A DNA stretch of 64,000 nt from Candidatus Omnitrophota bacterium (GTDB lineage Bacteria > Omnitrophota > Gorgyraeia > Gygaellales > Profunditerraquicolaceae). Below are positions 19,511 to 29,154 of the stretch, in pieces. The position numbers were made by a program, and so were the translations under genes. The notes beneath the pieces are model-generated. The model searched no databases, was not told the DNA's origin, and worked only from the letters and a program-made list of their open reading frames with translations. Each line of letters opens with the position of its first letter. The stretch's first letter is position 1. The stretch spans positions 126,889 to 190,888 of the forward strand of contig JBEKHW010000002.1 of assembly GCA_050012075.1 (NCBI GenBank). Reading direction: 5' to 3'.

Positions 19511-21091
19511 ATGGCATTACTGTTATTCTATGCAATCGGCTCCTTCAGTATAATTATCGGAAGTTTTTTGATTTTTCGTTTATTCATCCGGTATAAACTT
19601 ACGATATCTACCCTGCCGCTTTCCTTGTCGCTAATCCCGTCTGTTTATATGCCGATAGCACAATATCTTAAATATGCCAGCCTGCGTTTTTATGTTGATT
19701 TCTCGCACTGGACAGCCCTTCTTAACAGCATAATCACAACGGGTAAACCTTTTAATTTTAATCACGAATTGATATTTCCCGGCACAAAGAATTACCTCTC
19801 CGTGCATTTTGTCCCTTTCATATATCTTATTGCCCTGCCTTTTAAATTATGGCCGTATAGCGAGACTATCATTGTCTTAAATTTCATCCTTATGATTTCT
19901 TCAATTATCCCCTTGTATAAACTTGCGTTACTATGCGGCAAAAACAAAAGGTTCGCAGTCTTTATGATGGTGCTATTGGTCTGGTATCCCACTTTTCAAT
20001 ATACGGTCCTATATGAGTTTGAGATGCTGAGGTTCGCGATACCGATAATTCTCTGGATGTTCTATTTCCTGGAGAAAAGGAGCAAGTGGTTATACTATCT
20101 ATTTTCCTTTTTGGCGGTTTTAGTCAGGGAAGAGGTAGGGCTTACGGTTATGATGTTTGGGATTTACTTATTCTTCTTTGAAAAAAAGCGTAAAGAGGGG
20201 CTTATAACTTCTATAATCGGATTAGGCGCATTTATTGCCATTACGGGAATTATTATGCCGAAATTAAGCGCTAGCCTCAGGTATGAGCACATCGCAGCCA
20301 AGTTTTTTCCCGTTGCAGGTAATAGCGGAGTATTTAAATTATTCCCTCTTATTTTTGACCCGATAAAGCTGGGCAATATTATATTATTCTTCCTGCCTCT
20401 TTTATTCGCTCCTCTTTTTTCCCCGGCCTTACTGGTAAGCTCGCTTGCCAATTTTGGGGTAGGCATATTAAGTCGTTCCAATACCCACGTTTCATTTATG
20501 ATGTATTATTTGTCTCCCAGTGTCCCGGTATTCTTTTTTGCGCTAATAAAAGGCTGGCCTAAATTCACCAAATTCTTAAAAACGCACTTTGGCAGGGGGA
20601 TTTACGATTCTGATTCTCCGGCTATGGCAGCAATGCTCTGCGCTTTGTTGGTTTCAAATATATTCTTTGGACCTTCGCCTGTTTCACTTCAATTTTGGTT
20701 TAGAGATATAAGGCCCGCTCTGTTCAGGACACAGAATTTTCATTATTCAGCGTATATTACGAATAAGCACCATAAACTGGTTGAATCTTTAGTAAAGATG
20801 ATACCGGATGGCGCCATTGTTTCCGCAGAGCATTTTTTGCACCCCCGCCTGTTCAAAAAAAGAGGGGCGATGGTTTTTCCGCAACTTGTGAGTATGGATG
20901 GTAAATTTAAAGCGGATTATGTATTCATAGATAAAAATAACCCTGTTAAGACCGGAGGGGGGATACCTGAGTCATGGGACGGCTTAAGGGCCAATCCACA
21001 ATTTTATTATGACTCAATAGAGAAGGCCCCGGAAATCTGGAAGCTATTAAAGGCAGAAGACGGGTATTATCTTTTTAAAAGGGCCAAGTAA
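19511..21091 (+). CDS. uncharacterised polytopic membrane protein with C-terminal soluble domain (possible GT-C-type glycosyltransferase)
   Basis: 526 aa. About 12 TM segments are followed by a hydrophilic C-terminus of roughly 130 aa. No confident family assignment. Confidence 0.3.
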   Translation: MALLLFYAIGSFSIIIGSFLIFRLFIRYKLTISTLPLSLSLIPSVYMPIAQYLKYASLRFYVDFSHWTALLNSIITTGKPFNFNHELIFPGTKNYLSVHFVPFIYLIALPFKLWPYSETIIVLNFILMISSIIPLYKLALLCGKNKRFAVFMMVLLVWYPTFQYTVLYEFEMLRFAIPIILWMFYFLEKRSKWLYYLFSFLAVLVREEVGLTVMMFGIYLFFFEKKRKEGLITSIIGLGAFIAITGIIMPKLSASLRYEHIAAKFFPVAGNSGVFKLFPLIFDPIKLGNIILFFLPLLFAPLFSPALLVSSLANFGVGILSRSNTHVSFMMYYLSPSVPVFFFALIKGWPKFTKFLKTHFGRGIYDSDSPAMAAMLCALLVSNIFFGPSPVSLQFWFRDIRPALFRTQNFHYSAYITNKHHKLVESLVKMIPDGAIVSAEHFLHPRLFKKRGAMVFPQLVSMDGKFKADYVFIDKNNPVKTGGGIPESWDGLRANPQFYYDSIEKAPEIWKLLKAEDGYYLFKRAK

Positions 21092-21098
21092 ACCAGAT

Positions 21099-22238
21099 AT
21101 GAGAATAGCCATTAGCCTGATTTCCAGCGTTGATTACGGAGGCGTTACTTATGCCAGGAATTTGATTTTGGCCCTGGCAGAAAATGACAAATTAAATAAA
21201 TACTATATTTATGCCGCCAATCCCGAACTCTTCCAGGAAATACCGCAGCAGGATAATTTCTTTTTTAAGAAATGCAAAATAAACCATAAATCGCTTCTTG
21301 TTCGTTTTTTGTGGGAACAATTTATATTGCCGTATCATTTAAGCCGGATTAAGGCGGATCTGCTTTTTACCGCCAAGAATATTACGGTTTTTTTTGCTCC
21401 ATGTAAGGCCGTTATCGCGATTCAAAATATGGAGCCATTTTTTTTTACCAGATACGATAATGATTGGAAACTGAATATCCGCTCCTATTTAAAGAAGTTC
21501 TTTAGCGAGATGTCGCTAAGGAGAGCGGAAGGGGTTATTTCCGTTTCAGCGTTTAGCCGTAGGTCCATAGAGAAAGTTTACCCCGGAGTGAAAGATAAGA
21601 TTACCGTTATTTACAATGGGAATCCGCTTCAGGGTGTTTCTATTAGTGATGACAGCGAGCCAGGGCAGAAACCATATTTTCTTTCTTCCTCAAAGTTTGT
21701 CGCTTACGCAAACCAGCTAAACTTGGTAAACGGATACGTCCTATTAAACAGAAAAGTTAAAGATCTTCCCCCTCTGTGGCTTGTAGGAGGAAAATTCGAT
21801 AATAAGTATTTTAATAAGATAAATAATTTTGTGAAAGAAAATGGTCTTGAGCAAAAGATCATTATTTTAGGTTTTTTGCCTTATGAGCGCCTAATTAAAT
21901 TATACCGGAAAAGCAGTTTATTCTTATTTCCTTCTACGTTAGAAGCCTGTCCGCAAACCCTGATTGAAGCCATGTCTTGCGGCGCTTCTATAGTCGCTTC
22001 GTGCTCTGAACCGATGCCGGAGATATGCGTAGATGCCGCTGTTTATTTTGACCCGTATTCTCCGGAGGATATATGCGATAAGATTGAAGAAGTGTATCTC
22101 AACACAGGCCTGCGGGAAAAACTCAGTAAATTGGCATTGGAGCGCAGCAGGTTTTTTGATTGGAATAGGATCGCGGTAGAAACAATAGATTTCTTTCACA
22201 GAATAGCAGTTGATAAAAAGACGCAGGGGGTAGCTTAA
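21099..22238 (+). CDS. family 4 (GT-B) glycosyltransferase
   Basis: C-terminal EACPQTLIEAMSCGASIVAS matches the GT4 E-x7-E region. Confidence 0.7.
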   Translation: MRIAISLISSVDYGGVTYARNLILALAENDKLNKYYIYAANPELFQEIPQQDNFFFKKCKINHKSLLVRFLWEQFILPYHLSRIKADLLFTAKNITVFFAPCKAVIAIQNMEPFFFTRYDNDWKLNIRSYLKKFFSEMSLRRAEGVISVSAFSRRSIEKVYPGVKDKITVIYNGNPLQGVSISDDSEPGQKPYFLSSSKFVAYANQLNLVNGYVLLNRKVKDLPPLWLVGGKFDNKYFNKINNFVKENGLEQKIIILGFLPYERLIKLYRKSSLFLFPSTLEACPQTLIEAMSCGASIVASCSEPMPEICVDAAVYFDPYSPEDICDKIEEVYLNTGLREKLSKLALERSRFFDWNRIAVETIDFFHRIAVDKKTQGVA

Positions 22239-22243
22239 TAAGA

Positions 22244-23473
22244 ATGAAGATTATTCTGGTAACCGCATCTTATCCTCCCGAAATCAGGGCAATCTCCTTG
22301 ATGATGCGTCAACTTGCAGAAGGCCTGCAAAAAAAAGGCCATGAAGTAATAGTTGTTACAGCTTACCCTAAGCGTAATCTATCCTCATCAGAAAAAAATC
22401 GCGTATTCAGGGAAACTGAGCTTGAGGATAATATCAGGGTAATCAGGATCAAGGCGCCTCCCATAAGCAATATCGGATATATCGCGAGGGGCCTGTTTCA
22501 ATTATTACTGCCTTTTATTTTTATTTTTAAGGCCGGAAAGTTGATAAAAGAGAAGATAGATGCGGTTATCGTATATTCTCCTCCGCTGCCTTTAGCTTTA
22601 TTCGGAATGTGGGCAAAAAAACATTATAAGGCTAAATTCATGCTGAATGTCCAGGATATATTTCCCCAGAATGCCGTAGATTTAGGCATCCTGAAAAATA
22701 AGGCAATCATAAAGTTCTTCGAGTTCATTGAAAAAAAAGCATATAAGTCTGCTGATATAATCACAGCGCATACGGATAGTAGCAGAAAGTTCCTGGTTAG
22801 TAATAAGAACGTTCCAGAAAGCAAGATAGGGGTTGTTTATAATTGGATCGACATCGATTCATACCATAATATCAATCCCAAAGGCTTCTATAGAAAATTA
22901 TATAACCTGGAAGGGAAATTTGTTTTTCTTTTTACCGGCGTGATCGGGCCGTCGCAAGGCCTGGATTTCATACTTAAGGTTGCCCAAATGGTATTGGATA
23001 TTCCTGAAATTATTTTTCTTATAATCGGCGAAGGGACAGAGAAAGAAAAGTTACGTAAGGCGGCAAGCAAGTTAATGGTTACGAACATCATATTCGGTGA
23101 TTATGTGCCTCTTAAAGAATACCCTGCCTTAGTAAAGGAAATGGATGTAGGGTTGGTTTGTTTGAGTATGTTGAATAAGACGCCGGTAATTCCGGGAAAG
23201 ATTATTGGATTTATGGCTGCATCTCTTCCCGTGGCAGCTTTTCTTAATAAGGAAAGCGATGCCCATATCTTAATCCGGCAAGCCAGGGCAGGATATTCTG
23301 CGTATTCATGCGATGTAAAAAAAGCCGCGGAAGTTATAAAAAGTGTCTTTATTGATAAAGACAACCTTCGTTATTTTGCCGAAAGTGGATATCAATACGC
23401 GAGAAATAATTTTTCAGAAGATATATGCATTGATAAGTTACATAAGCTGTTGATCAATATTGTGAGATACTAA
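22244..23473 (+). CDS. family 4 (GT-B) glycosyltransferase
   Basis: 409 aa with GT-B two-domain organisation (FTGVIGPSQGLD ... GKIIGFMAASLPV). Confidence 0.55.
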   Translation: MKIILVTASYPPEIRAISLMMRQLAEGLQKKGHEVIVVTAYPKRNLSSSEKNRVFRETELEDNIRVIRIKAPPISNIGYIARGLFQLLLPFIFIFKAGKLIKEKIDAVIVYSPPLPLALFGMWAKKHYKAKFMLNVQDIFPQNAVDLGILKNKAIIKFFEFIEKKAYKSADIITAHTDSSRKFLVSNKNVPESKIGVVYNWIDIDSYHNINPKGFYRKLYNLEGKFVFLFTGVIGPSQGLDFILKVAQMVLDIPEIIFLIIGEGTEKEKLRKAASKLMVTNIIFGDYVPLKEYPALVKEMDVGLVCLSMLNKTPVIPGKIIGFMAASLPVAAFLNKESDAHILIRQARAGYSAYSCDVKKAAEVIKSVFIDKDNLRYFAESGYQYARNNFSEDICIDKLHKLLINIVRY

Positions 23474-23488
23474 GTCAGGGGAGGAAGT

Positions 23489-25531
23489 TTGGTTATTTTA
23501 TTATTCATATCCCTAATCGGTTATTTTCTTTTTATAGCAAAGATTTCTCGGTGGCCAATCGCCGTTATTCCTCTGCTAACGGTTTGCATGCTTACAAACC
23601 TATTGTATTTATTCGGTATTTTTAATAGGCTGGCACTAGGAGCACATATTTTATTTTATGCAGGCCTTGCGTCATTCGCATGTTATTTACTCGTTTGCCT
23701 CAAAGAAAAGAAATTTCCTTATTCAGAAATCTCTGAACCAGGATTAATTATTTTCTGTTTTTATTTCTGCGTATTATATTTTACCTGCCGATACTTATCA
23801 TATTATAGCTGGGACGAGTTTTCCCATTGGGGGTTCTTTACTAAAGAGATAGTTTCTACGAATGCCTTGATAAATTCAGAAAGCGCTTTGGCCTGTAAAA
23901 ATTACCCTCCGGGAGCCCAGATGTTCCATTATTTTATCACTTCTATTGTCGGTTATTCGGAAGGTTTGGTATATTTTTCCCATAATCTATTTCTCGCTTC
24001 ATCGTTTACGTTATTTTTTCAAAGAAACACCTGGAAAGAATCTTATACTATTGCATTAATTATTTTAATTACTTATTTAATGGTATTCTTTTTTGGTTTT
24101 TTTAGCCTAACACTTTATGTTGACCATATTATAGGTACTGTTTTTGGAATGTCTATCGTGAGCTATTTCCTATTTCGGGGCAATAGCAATAAGGGCCGCC
24201 TGGTTTACCTTATCCCGATTCTTTTCTTTTTGCCCTTGGTAAAAACTATTGGATTGTTTTTTGCAATAAGTATTGCCGCAGTAGTCATTTTTGATTACCT
24301 TTATCTTTTTTGCCAAAGAAACTGGTTTTATGGAAATCAATTTGTTGCCATCGGTACAAAATCTAACCTTCCCCTTAATTCTGAATCAGCAGGTATAATA
24401 AATAAATTTTTGATTATAATTCTCCTAACAGGACTCGTAAGCAGTCCTTTTGTATTTAGGGAGTCGTGGAAAAGGCAGCTTAATAAAATGAAAATCGAGG
24501 AGGGATGGACTTCTACTGTTTCCCTTGATAAGATAAAAAAAACATTTTCCAAAGAACATGCTACGCAGAAGGATAAGGAAACTTTAATAAATTTTACGAA
24601 GGTATTTCTTACGGAACCGGTCCTGTCAGGATCCAGAAGGAGCTTATTGGGCAAATATATCAAGAACAAGGAAGCAATGTCTGCTGGTTCTTTATTCTTG
24701 ATTTTCTTAGTAATGGGTTTAATCTGCGTATTGCTACAACCAACTCCGGAAAGGCGCCGTCGTGCTTTGATTTGTCAGGTAACCATGAGTTTTTCTTTTA
24801 TTTGCTTTAGTTTGATTCTCCTCTTAGGCTACTTATATGTATTCGGTGAGTATGAAGGTGTCCGTATTGCTTCATTCAGCCGTTATATAAGCATATTCTT
24901 TCTTGGGTGGGCACTTGTAATTATCGGATTTTTTGTGGCAATTCAAAAGGAAGCAGTCTGGCAGTATCGGTTATCGCGGAAATTATTAGCGGTAATTTTA
25001 GTTTTTTTAATCCTTTGTTCTCCACCAGCAGCTGCGAAATTATTTTATTCTCCGCTGAAGCCGCAGTTACAAAAATGTTTTAAATATTTTGGATATACGA
25101 AAAAGGATTATCTCAGCGCTAATTCTGAAACAGAGCGGGTATTGCAAATCCGCCTTCAACTGGAACAGAGTTTGCCGATTATCAATAAGTATTGCCCTTT
25201 AAATTCGCGTATTTACTATATATGGCAAAATGACTTGGGTCTAAATCTTTGGATAATGGCTTATAATATTTGTCCGCGAAAGATAAATACTTGGGGGTGG
25301 TCGGTTGGAAAACCATATTATGAAGGAGACGTTTGGACTCAAAATTATACCCCTTCGCAGTTATCAGATGTTTTAAAGGAGTATGATTATATACTAATCG
25401 GTAGGGCAGATGATAATTTCTGGAAAGGATATAGAGTGTTATTTAAGGGCATTGACAAACCAGAAAAGGGAATTTTGTTTAAAATAGAAAAAAACACTGA
25501 AGGGAATATTATAATAAAAGAAATTGAGTAA
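23489..25531 (+). CDS. large uncharacterised integral membrane protein
   Basis: 680 aa, TTG start after ggggaggaag. More than 12 TM segments with a C-terminal soluble region. Confidence 0.3.
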   Translation: MVILLFISLIGYFLFIAKISRWPIAVIPLLTVCMLTNLLYLFGIFNRLALGAHILFYAGLASFACYLLVCLKEKKFPYSEISEPGLIIFCFYFCVLYFTCRYLSYYSWDEFSHWGFFTKEIVSTNALINSESALACKNYPPGAQMFHYFITSIVGYSEGLVYFSHNLFLASSFTLFFQRNTWKESYTIALIILITYLMVFFFGFFSLTLYVDHIIGTVFGMSIVSYFLFRGNSNKGRLVYLIPILFFLPLVKTIGLFFAISIAAVVIFDYLYLFCQRNWFYGNQFVAIGTKSNLPLNSESAGIINKFLIIILLTGLVSSPFVFRESWKRQLNKMKIEEGWTSTVSLDKIKKTFSKEHATQKDKETLINFTKVFLTEPVLSGSRRSLLGKYIKNKEAMSAGSLFLIFLVMGLICVLLQPTPERRRRALICQVTMSFSFICFSLILLLGYLYVFGEYEGVRIASFSRYISIFFLGWALVIIGFFVAIQKEAVWQYRLSRKLLAVILVFLILCSPPAAAKLFYSPLKPQLQKCFKYFGYTKKDYLSANSETERVLQIRLQLEQSLPIINKYCPLNSRIYYIWQNDLGLNLWIMAYNICPRKINTWGWSVGKPYYEGDVWTQNYTPSQLSDVLKEYDYILIGRADDNFWKGYRVLFKGIDKPEKGILFKIEKNTEGNIIIKEIE

Positions 25532-25544
25532 CTGCAATACCGCC

Positions 25545-26669
25545 ATGGATAAGTTTAATACGACTATCGTTGGGGCAGGGGTAATAGGGCTTGCAATTGC
25601 CAATGAGTTATCAAAGAGAAATAGCTCTGTTCTGCTTGTCGAGAGAAACATCAATTTTGGTATGGAGACCAGTTCCCGCAATAGCGAAGTAATTCACGCC
25701 GGTATATATTATCCCCCTCTTTCTTTGAAAGCTACTACTTGCGTAGAAGGGAATAGGCTGCTTTATGAAATATGCCGGAATAACGGGATTCCCCATAAAA
25801 GGATAGGGAAATTGATTGTTGCTTTGGATAAAGTTGAAGCTGTAGAATTGAGCAGGCTTTATGAAAATGCGCGAAGTAACGGAGTTGAAGATATTGAAAT
25901 GCTCTCAAAAGAAAATATTGCCAAGCTGGAACCTAATATCAATGCCTATACAGCCATATATTCAAGATCAACGGGAATAATTGATTCTCACTCTTTAATG
26001 GAATATTATCTGGATGAGGCTAAGGGCAGGGGGTGTATGGTTTCATTTAAGACCAAACTAGAGGCGATTGAGAAGCTGCCGGGAGGATATAAGGTTACCG
26101 TGATTGACAGTGACGCAGAGAGAGTATCTTTTATTTCTGAAAGAGTAGTAAATGCAGCCGGCCTTGAATCGGATAATATTGCAAGGCTTGCGGGAATTGA
26201 TATAGAAAAGGAGGGGTATGTTTTGGAATACTGGAAAGGGCAGTATTTTAAGATCACCCAGAGTAAAAGCAATTTAATCGCAAGGTTGGTTTATCCTTTG
26301 CCTCATAAGGCGCTAACCGGCTTGGGAATCCATGCTACGATTAATTTAGGCGGTACGGTGCGATTAGGCCCTGACCATAAGCGTATTGAACGGAATGAGT
26401 TTGACTATAATGTTGATTTTCGAGATGCAGCCTCTTTTTTAAGCGCCGCTCGAAAATATATGCCTTTCCTTAGAAAAGAGGATATGTCGCCTGATACTTC
26501 CGGGATACGGCCAAAACTTCAGTCACCGAATGGAGATTTCCGAGATTTCATAATTCAGGAAGAATCAAAGTCTGGGCTTGCCGGTTTTGTGAATCTTGTC
26601 GGCATTGAATCTCCCGGCCTGACCGCGAGCCCGGCAATCGCCCGGCACGTTAATAAGTTATTCAGTTAA
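25545..26669 (+). CDS. FAD-dependent oxidoreductase (L-2-hydroxyglutarate oxidase LhgO-like)
   Basis: IVGAGVIGLAIANEL dinucleotide-binding motif. HAGIYYPP is typical of the LhgO/DAO family. The start is placed at ATG 25545 (MDKFNT). Confidence 0.6.
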   Translation: MDKFNTTIVGAGVIGLAIANELSKRNSSVLLVERNINFGMETSSRNSEVIHAGIYYPPLSLKATTCVEGNRLLYEICRNNGIPHKRIGKLIVALDKVEAVELSRLYENARSNGVEDIEMLSKENIAKLEPNINAYTAIYSRSTGIIDSHSLMEYYLDEAKGRGCMVSFKTKLEAIEKLPGGYKVTVIDSDAERVSFISERVVNAAGLESDNIARLAGIDIEKEGYVLEYWKGQYFKITQSKSNLIARLVYPLPHKALTGLGIHATINLGGTVRLGPDHKRIERNEFDYNVDFRDAASFLSAARKYMPFLRKEDMSPDTSGIRPKLQSPNGDFRDFIIQEESKSGLAGFVNLVGIESPGLTASPAIARHVNKLFS

Positions 26670-26695
26670 TCCGTTAATTATGGTAAAATAACACG

Positions 26696-27907
26696 ATGCT
26701 TTTTTATATTTCATTATTTTTAGCCGATTTAGCTGCGGTGTATTTTGGCTTCCTGACAGCCGCGTATTTACACTTCTTAAGTTTGCCGGCCCTCATTGAG
26801 TTCCTGAACCGGCATCTCATATTATGTAACGGTTTAACGTTGGTATATTTGGCTTGTTTTATTTTTAAAGGCTCCTACCCGCGTCGTTTTTGCTCAAGAT
26901 GGAAGCTGTTAAAAACACTGTTTTGGGCTCTCTTGTTCGGGATGGTCTGCGGAATGAGTTTTGCTTATATATTCCGCTTTGAATGGGGTAATTTTCCAAG
27001 CAGTATTTTTGTAATCTCTTTTCCGGTTATTTTACTTCTTTTATTCTGCATGAATGAAATTATCTATAGCCATAGCGGTAAATTAAGGAGGAATGTTCTG
27101 TTTGTCGGAGAAGCTCAATTAACAGAGCCCCAAAAATTTTTAAGTACCGATATAGATGATATTGTCATAACCACTAATAAAATAAATTCTGAACAGATAT
27201 ATTTATTGCTGGATATCGCAAACAGGATGAATATTAAGCTTTCGGTCTTGCCGGCTTTATATGACAGGGTTTTTTCCAGCAAGGAAAACGAGAGAGATGA
27301 ATTCCTGTATTTATTGCCCGCATATTTTTATGCCAGGACCGACGAACATCTTCTGAGGATATCTGATATTATGATAGCGATAACATTGTTGTTTTTTTTC
27401 CTGCCCCTTATGTTTTTGATAGCGGTATTAATAAAGATAGATTCTCCCGGCCCTGTGATATATAAGCAGCTAAGGGTCGGATTAAACGGAATGGTATTCA
27501 ATCTTTATAAATTTCGTTCCATGTTCGTCAATTCCGAACAAAGCAGCCGTTCTACGGGGGTGGATTTAAACGAGGATACCAGAGTTACCGCTATCGGCCG
27601 TGTTTTGAGAAGGACAAGGCTGGATGAGTTGCCGCAGATTATTAACGTATTGCGTGCGCATATGAGCATGGTAGGGCCGCGCCCGGAGGCATTGTATCGT
27701 GTTAGAGAGCATCGCGCGCTTCAGGGGATACGTTTATGCGTCCGTCCCGGCCTTACCGGATTGGCGCAGATAGAAGGTTCCTACCATACCAAGCCCAGCA
27801 ACAAATTACGATACGATTATTTGTATATCAGGAACCGCTCGTTGTTGTTGAATCTTAATATCCTTGCCAGGACGGTTTTGGTTATTTTATTTAGAAAAGG
27901 GAGCTAA
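26696..27907 (+). CDS. polyprenyl-phosphate hexose-1-phosphate transferase (WbaP/bacterial sugar transferase family)
   Basis: C-terminal bacterial sugar transferase domain: PGPVIYKQLRVGLNGMVFNLYKFRSM ... MSMVGPRPE ... RPGLTGLAQI. Confidence 0.7.
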   Translation: MLFYISLFLADLAAVYFGFLTAAYLHFLSLPALIEFLNRHLILCNGLTLVYLACFIFKGSYPRRFCSRWKLLKTLFWALLFGMVCGMSFAYIFRFEWGNFPSSIFVISFPVILLLLFCMNEIIYSHSGKLRRNVLFVGEAQLTEPQKFLSTDIDDIVITTNKINSEQIYLLLDIANRMNIKLSVLPALYDRVFSSKENERDEFLYLLPAYFYARTDEHLLRISDIMIAITLLFFFLPLMFLIAVLIKIDSPGPVIYKQLRVGLNGMVFNLYKFRSMFVNSEQSSRSTGVDLNEDTRVTAIGRVLRRTRLDELPQIINVLRAHMSMVGPRPEALYRVREHRALQGIRLCVRPGLTGLAQIEGSYHTKPSNKLRYDYLYIRNRSLLLNLNILARTVLVILFRKGS

Positions 27908-29154
27908 TGAAAGACAGGATAGTAACTTATTGCGACCGCATTATCGCGTATTGTTTGTATATTTCTTTTTTCTGTATCCCCTTTGCAAAAGCGGGAGTTG
28001 AAACTTTTATCTGGCTGGCTCTATTCTTATGGTTCGTAAAGAAGGCGGCCGGATACAGAATAGGCGGCTTGTCTGGCTTAATCCCCTCCACTGAATTAAA
28101 TAAGGCATTGGTAGCATTTGTGTTAATTAATGTTTTTGCGGTAATATTTGGCACGAGCCTCGCTTTATCCATCAGGGGATTCTTTGGGAAGATATTGAAA
28201 TTTATGGCAATTTATTTTATGGTAGTTGAAACTATCAATACAGATAAGCGCCTGAGGAATTTTCTATCGATAATGGTTTTTTCCGTAACCCTAATAATAT
28301 TTGATGGGGCAGTGCAGTATTTTCATGGATTTGATTTTTTAAGAGGATATCCGTATGCCAGGCTTAGGGCTTCTTTTCCTACGGCCAATACCTTTGCAGG
28401 ATGGTTGATATTTATGATACCGGTAATTCTGGTCTTGTCGACGCTTGTCAAAAATGACACTTTTATAGGTAAATTTAAGAAGGACATATTAATATCTATC
28501 TTCGTTATATTATTGGTTGGCCTGGTATTAAGTTATTCGCGAGGAGCCTGGATAGGTTTGCTTTTCGGCTTTAGTTTCTTCGGTTATTGCGCGATTAGGG
28601 TCTCCTACTTCAAAAGAAAATATCTATTTATATTGGGAGGCCTGTTTATTTTATTATTGGTTTTACTTTTCGGCAATTTACATGTCAAATCCGAAGAGTC
28701 AATAAGAGAGAGAATTAGATCAATAGCTACTATAAAAGATCAAGCTGTTTTAATCAGGCTGGGTCTTTGGAAGGAGTCATTGAAGATCATTCGTGATTAT
28801 CCTTTTATCGGATGCGGATTGAATAATTATTCGGTAGTAGCTCCAAAGTATAAAATTTCTTATTCTGGCGGGGGGTATACGCATAATTCTTACCTCCAGA
28901 TGGCGGCAGAAACAGGTTTACTGGGTTTGTCTTCTTTCCTTTGGATTCTATTCACTTTTTTTAAAATGGGGCTACGTCATTTTAAGAAAAGTAAGAATTA
29001 TCTGGTTTTAGGGCTATTATCCGGCATTTTGGCATTCTCGGTGCACGCTTTTTTTGACACGCACCTTTATTCGTTGCAACTGGTAGTCTTATTCTGGTTT
29101 ATGCTGGGATTGGCGGTTGCGGTGATGAAATTAGAGTCAAATATGGAAAAATGA
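27907..29154 (+). CDS. O-antigen ligase / Wzy_C family membrane protein
   Basis: 415 aa polytopic protein with a periplasmic-loop motif NSYLQMAAETGLLGL typical of O-antigen ligase-like proteins. Confidence 0.5.
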   Translation: MKDRIVTYCDRIIAYCLYISFFCIPFAKAGVETFIWLALFLWFVKKAAGYRIGGLSGLIPSTELNKALVAFVLINVFAVIFGTSLALSIRGFFGKILKFMAIYFMVVETINTDKRLRNFLSIMVFSVTLIIFDGAVQYFHGFDFLRGYPYARLRASFPTANTFAGWLIFMIPVILVLSTLVKNDTFIGKFKKDILISIFVILLVGLVLSYSRGAWIGLLFGFSFFGYCAIRVSYFKRKYLFILGGLFILLLVLLFGNLHVKSEESIRERIRSIATIKDQAVLIRLGLWKESLKIIRDYPFIGCGLNNYSVVAPKYKISYSGGGYTHNSYLQMAAETGLLGLSSFLWILFTFFKMGLRHFKKSKNYLVLGLLSGILAFSVHAFFDTHLYSLQLVVLFWFMLGLAVAVMKLESNMEK

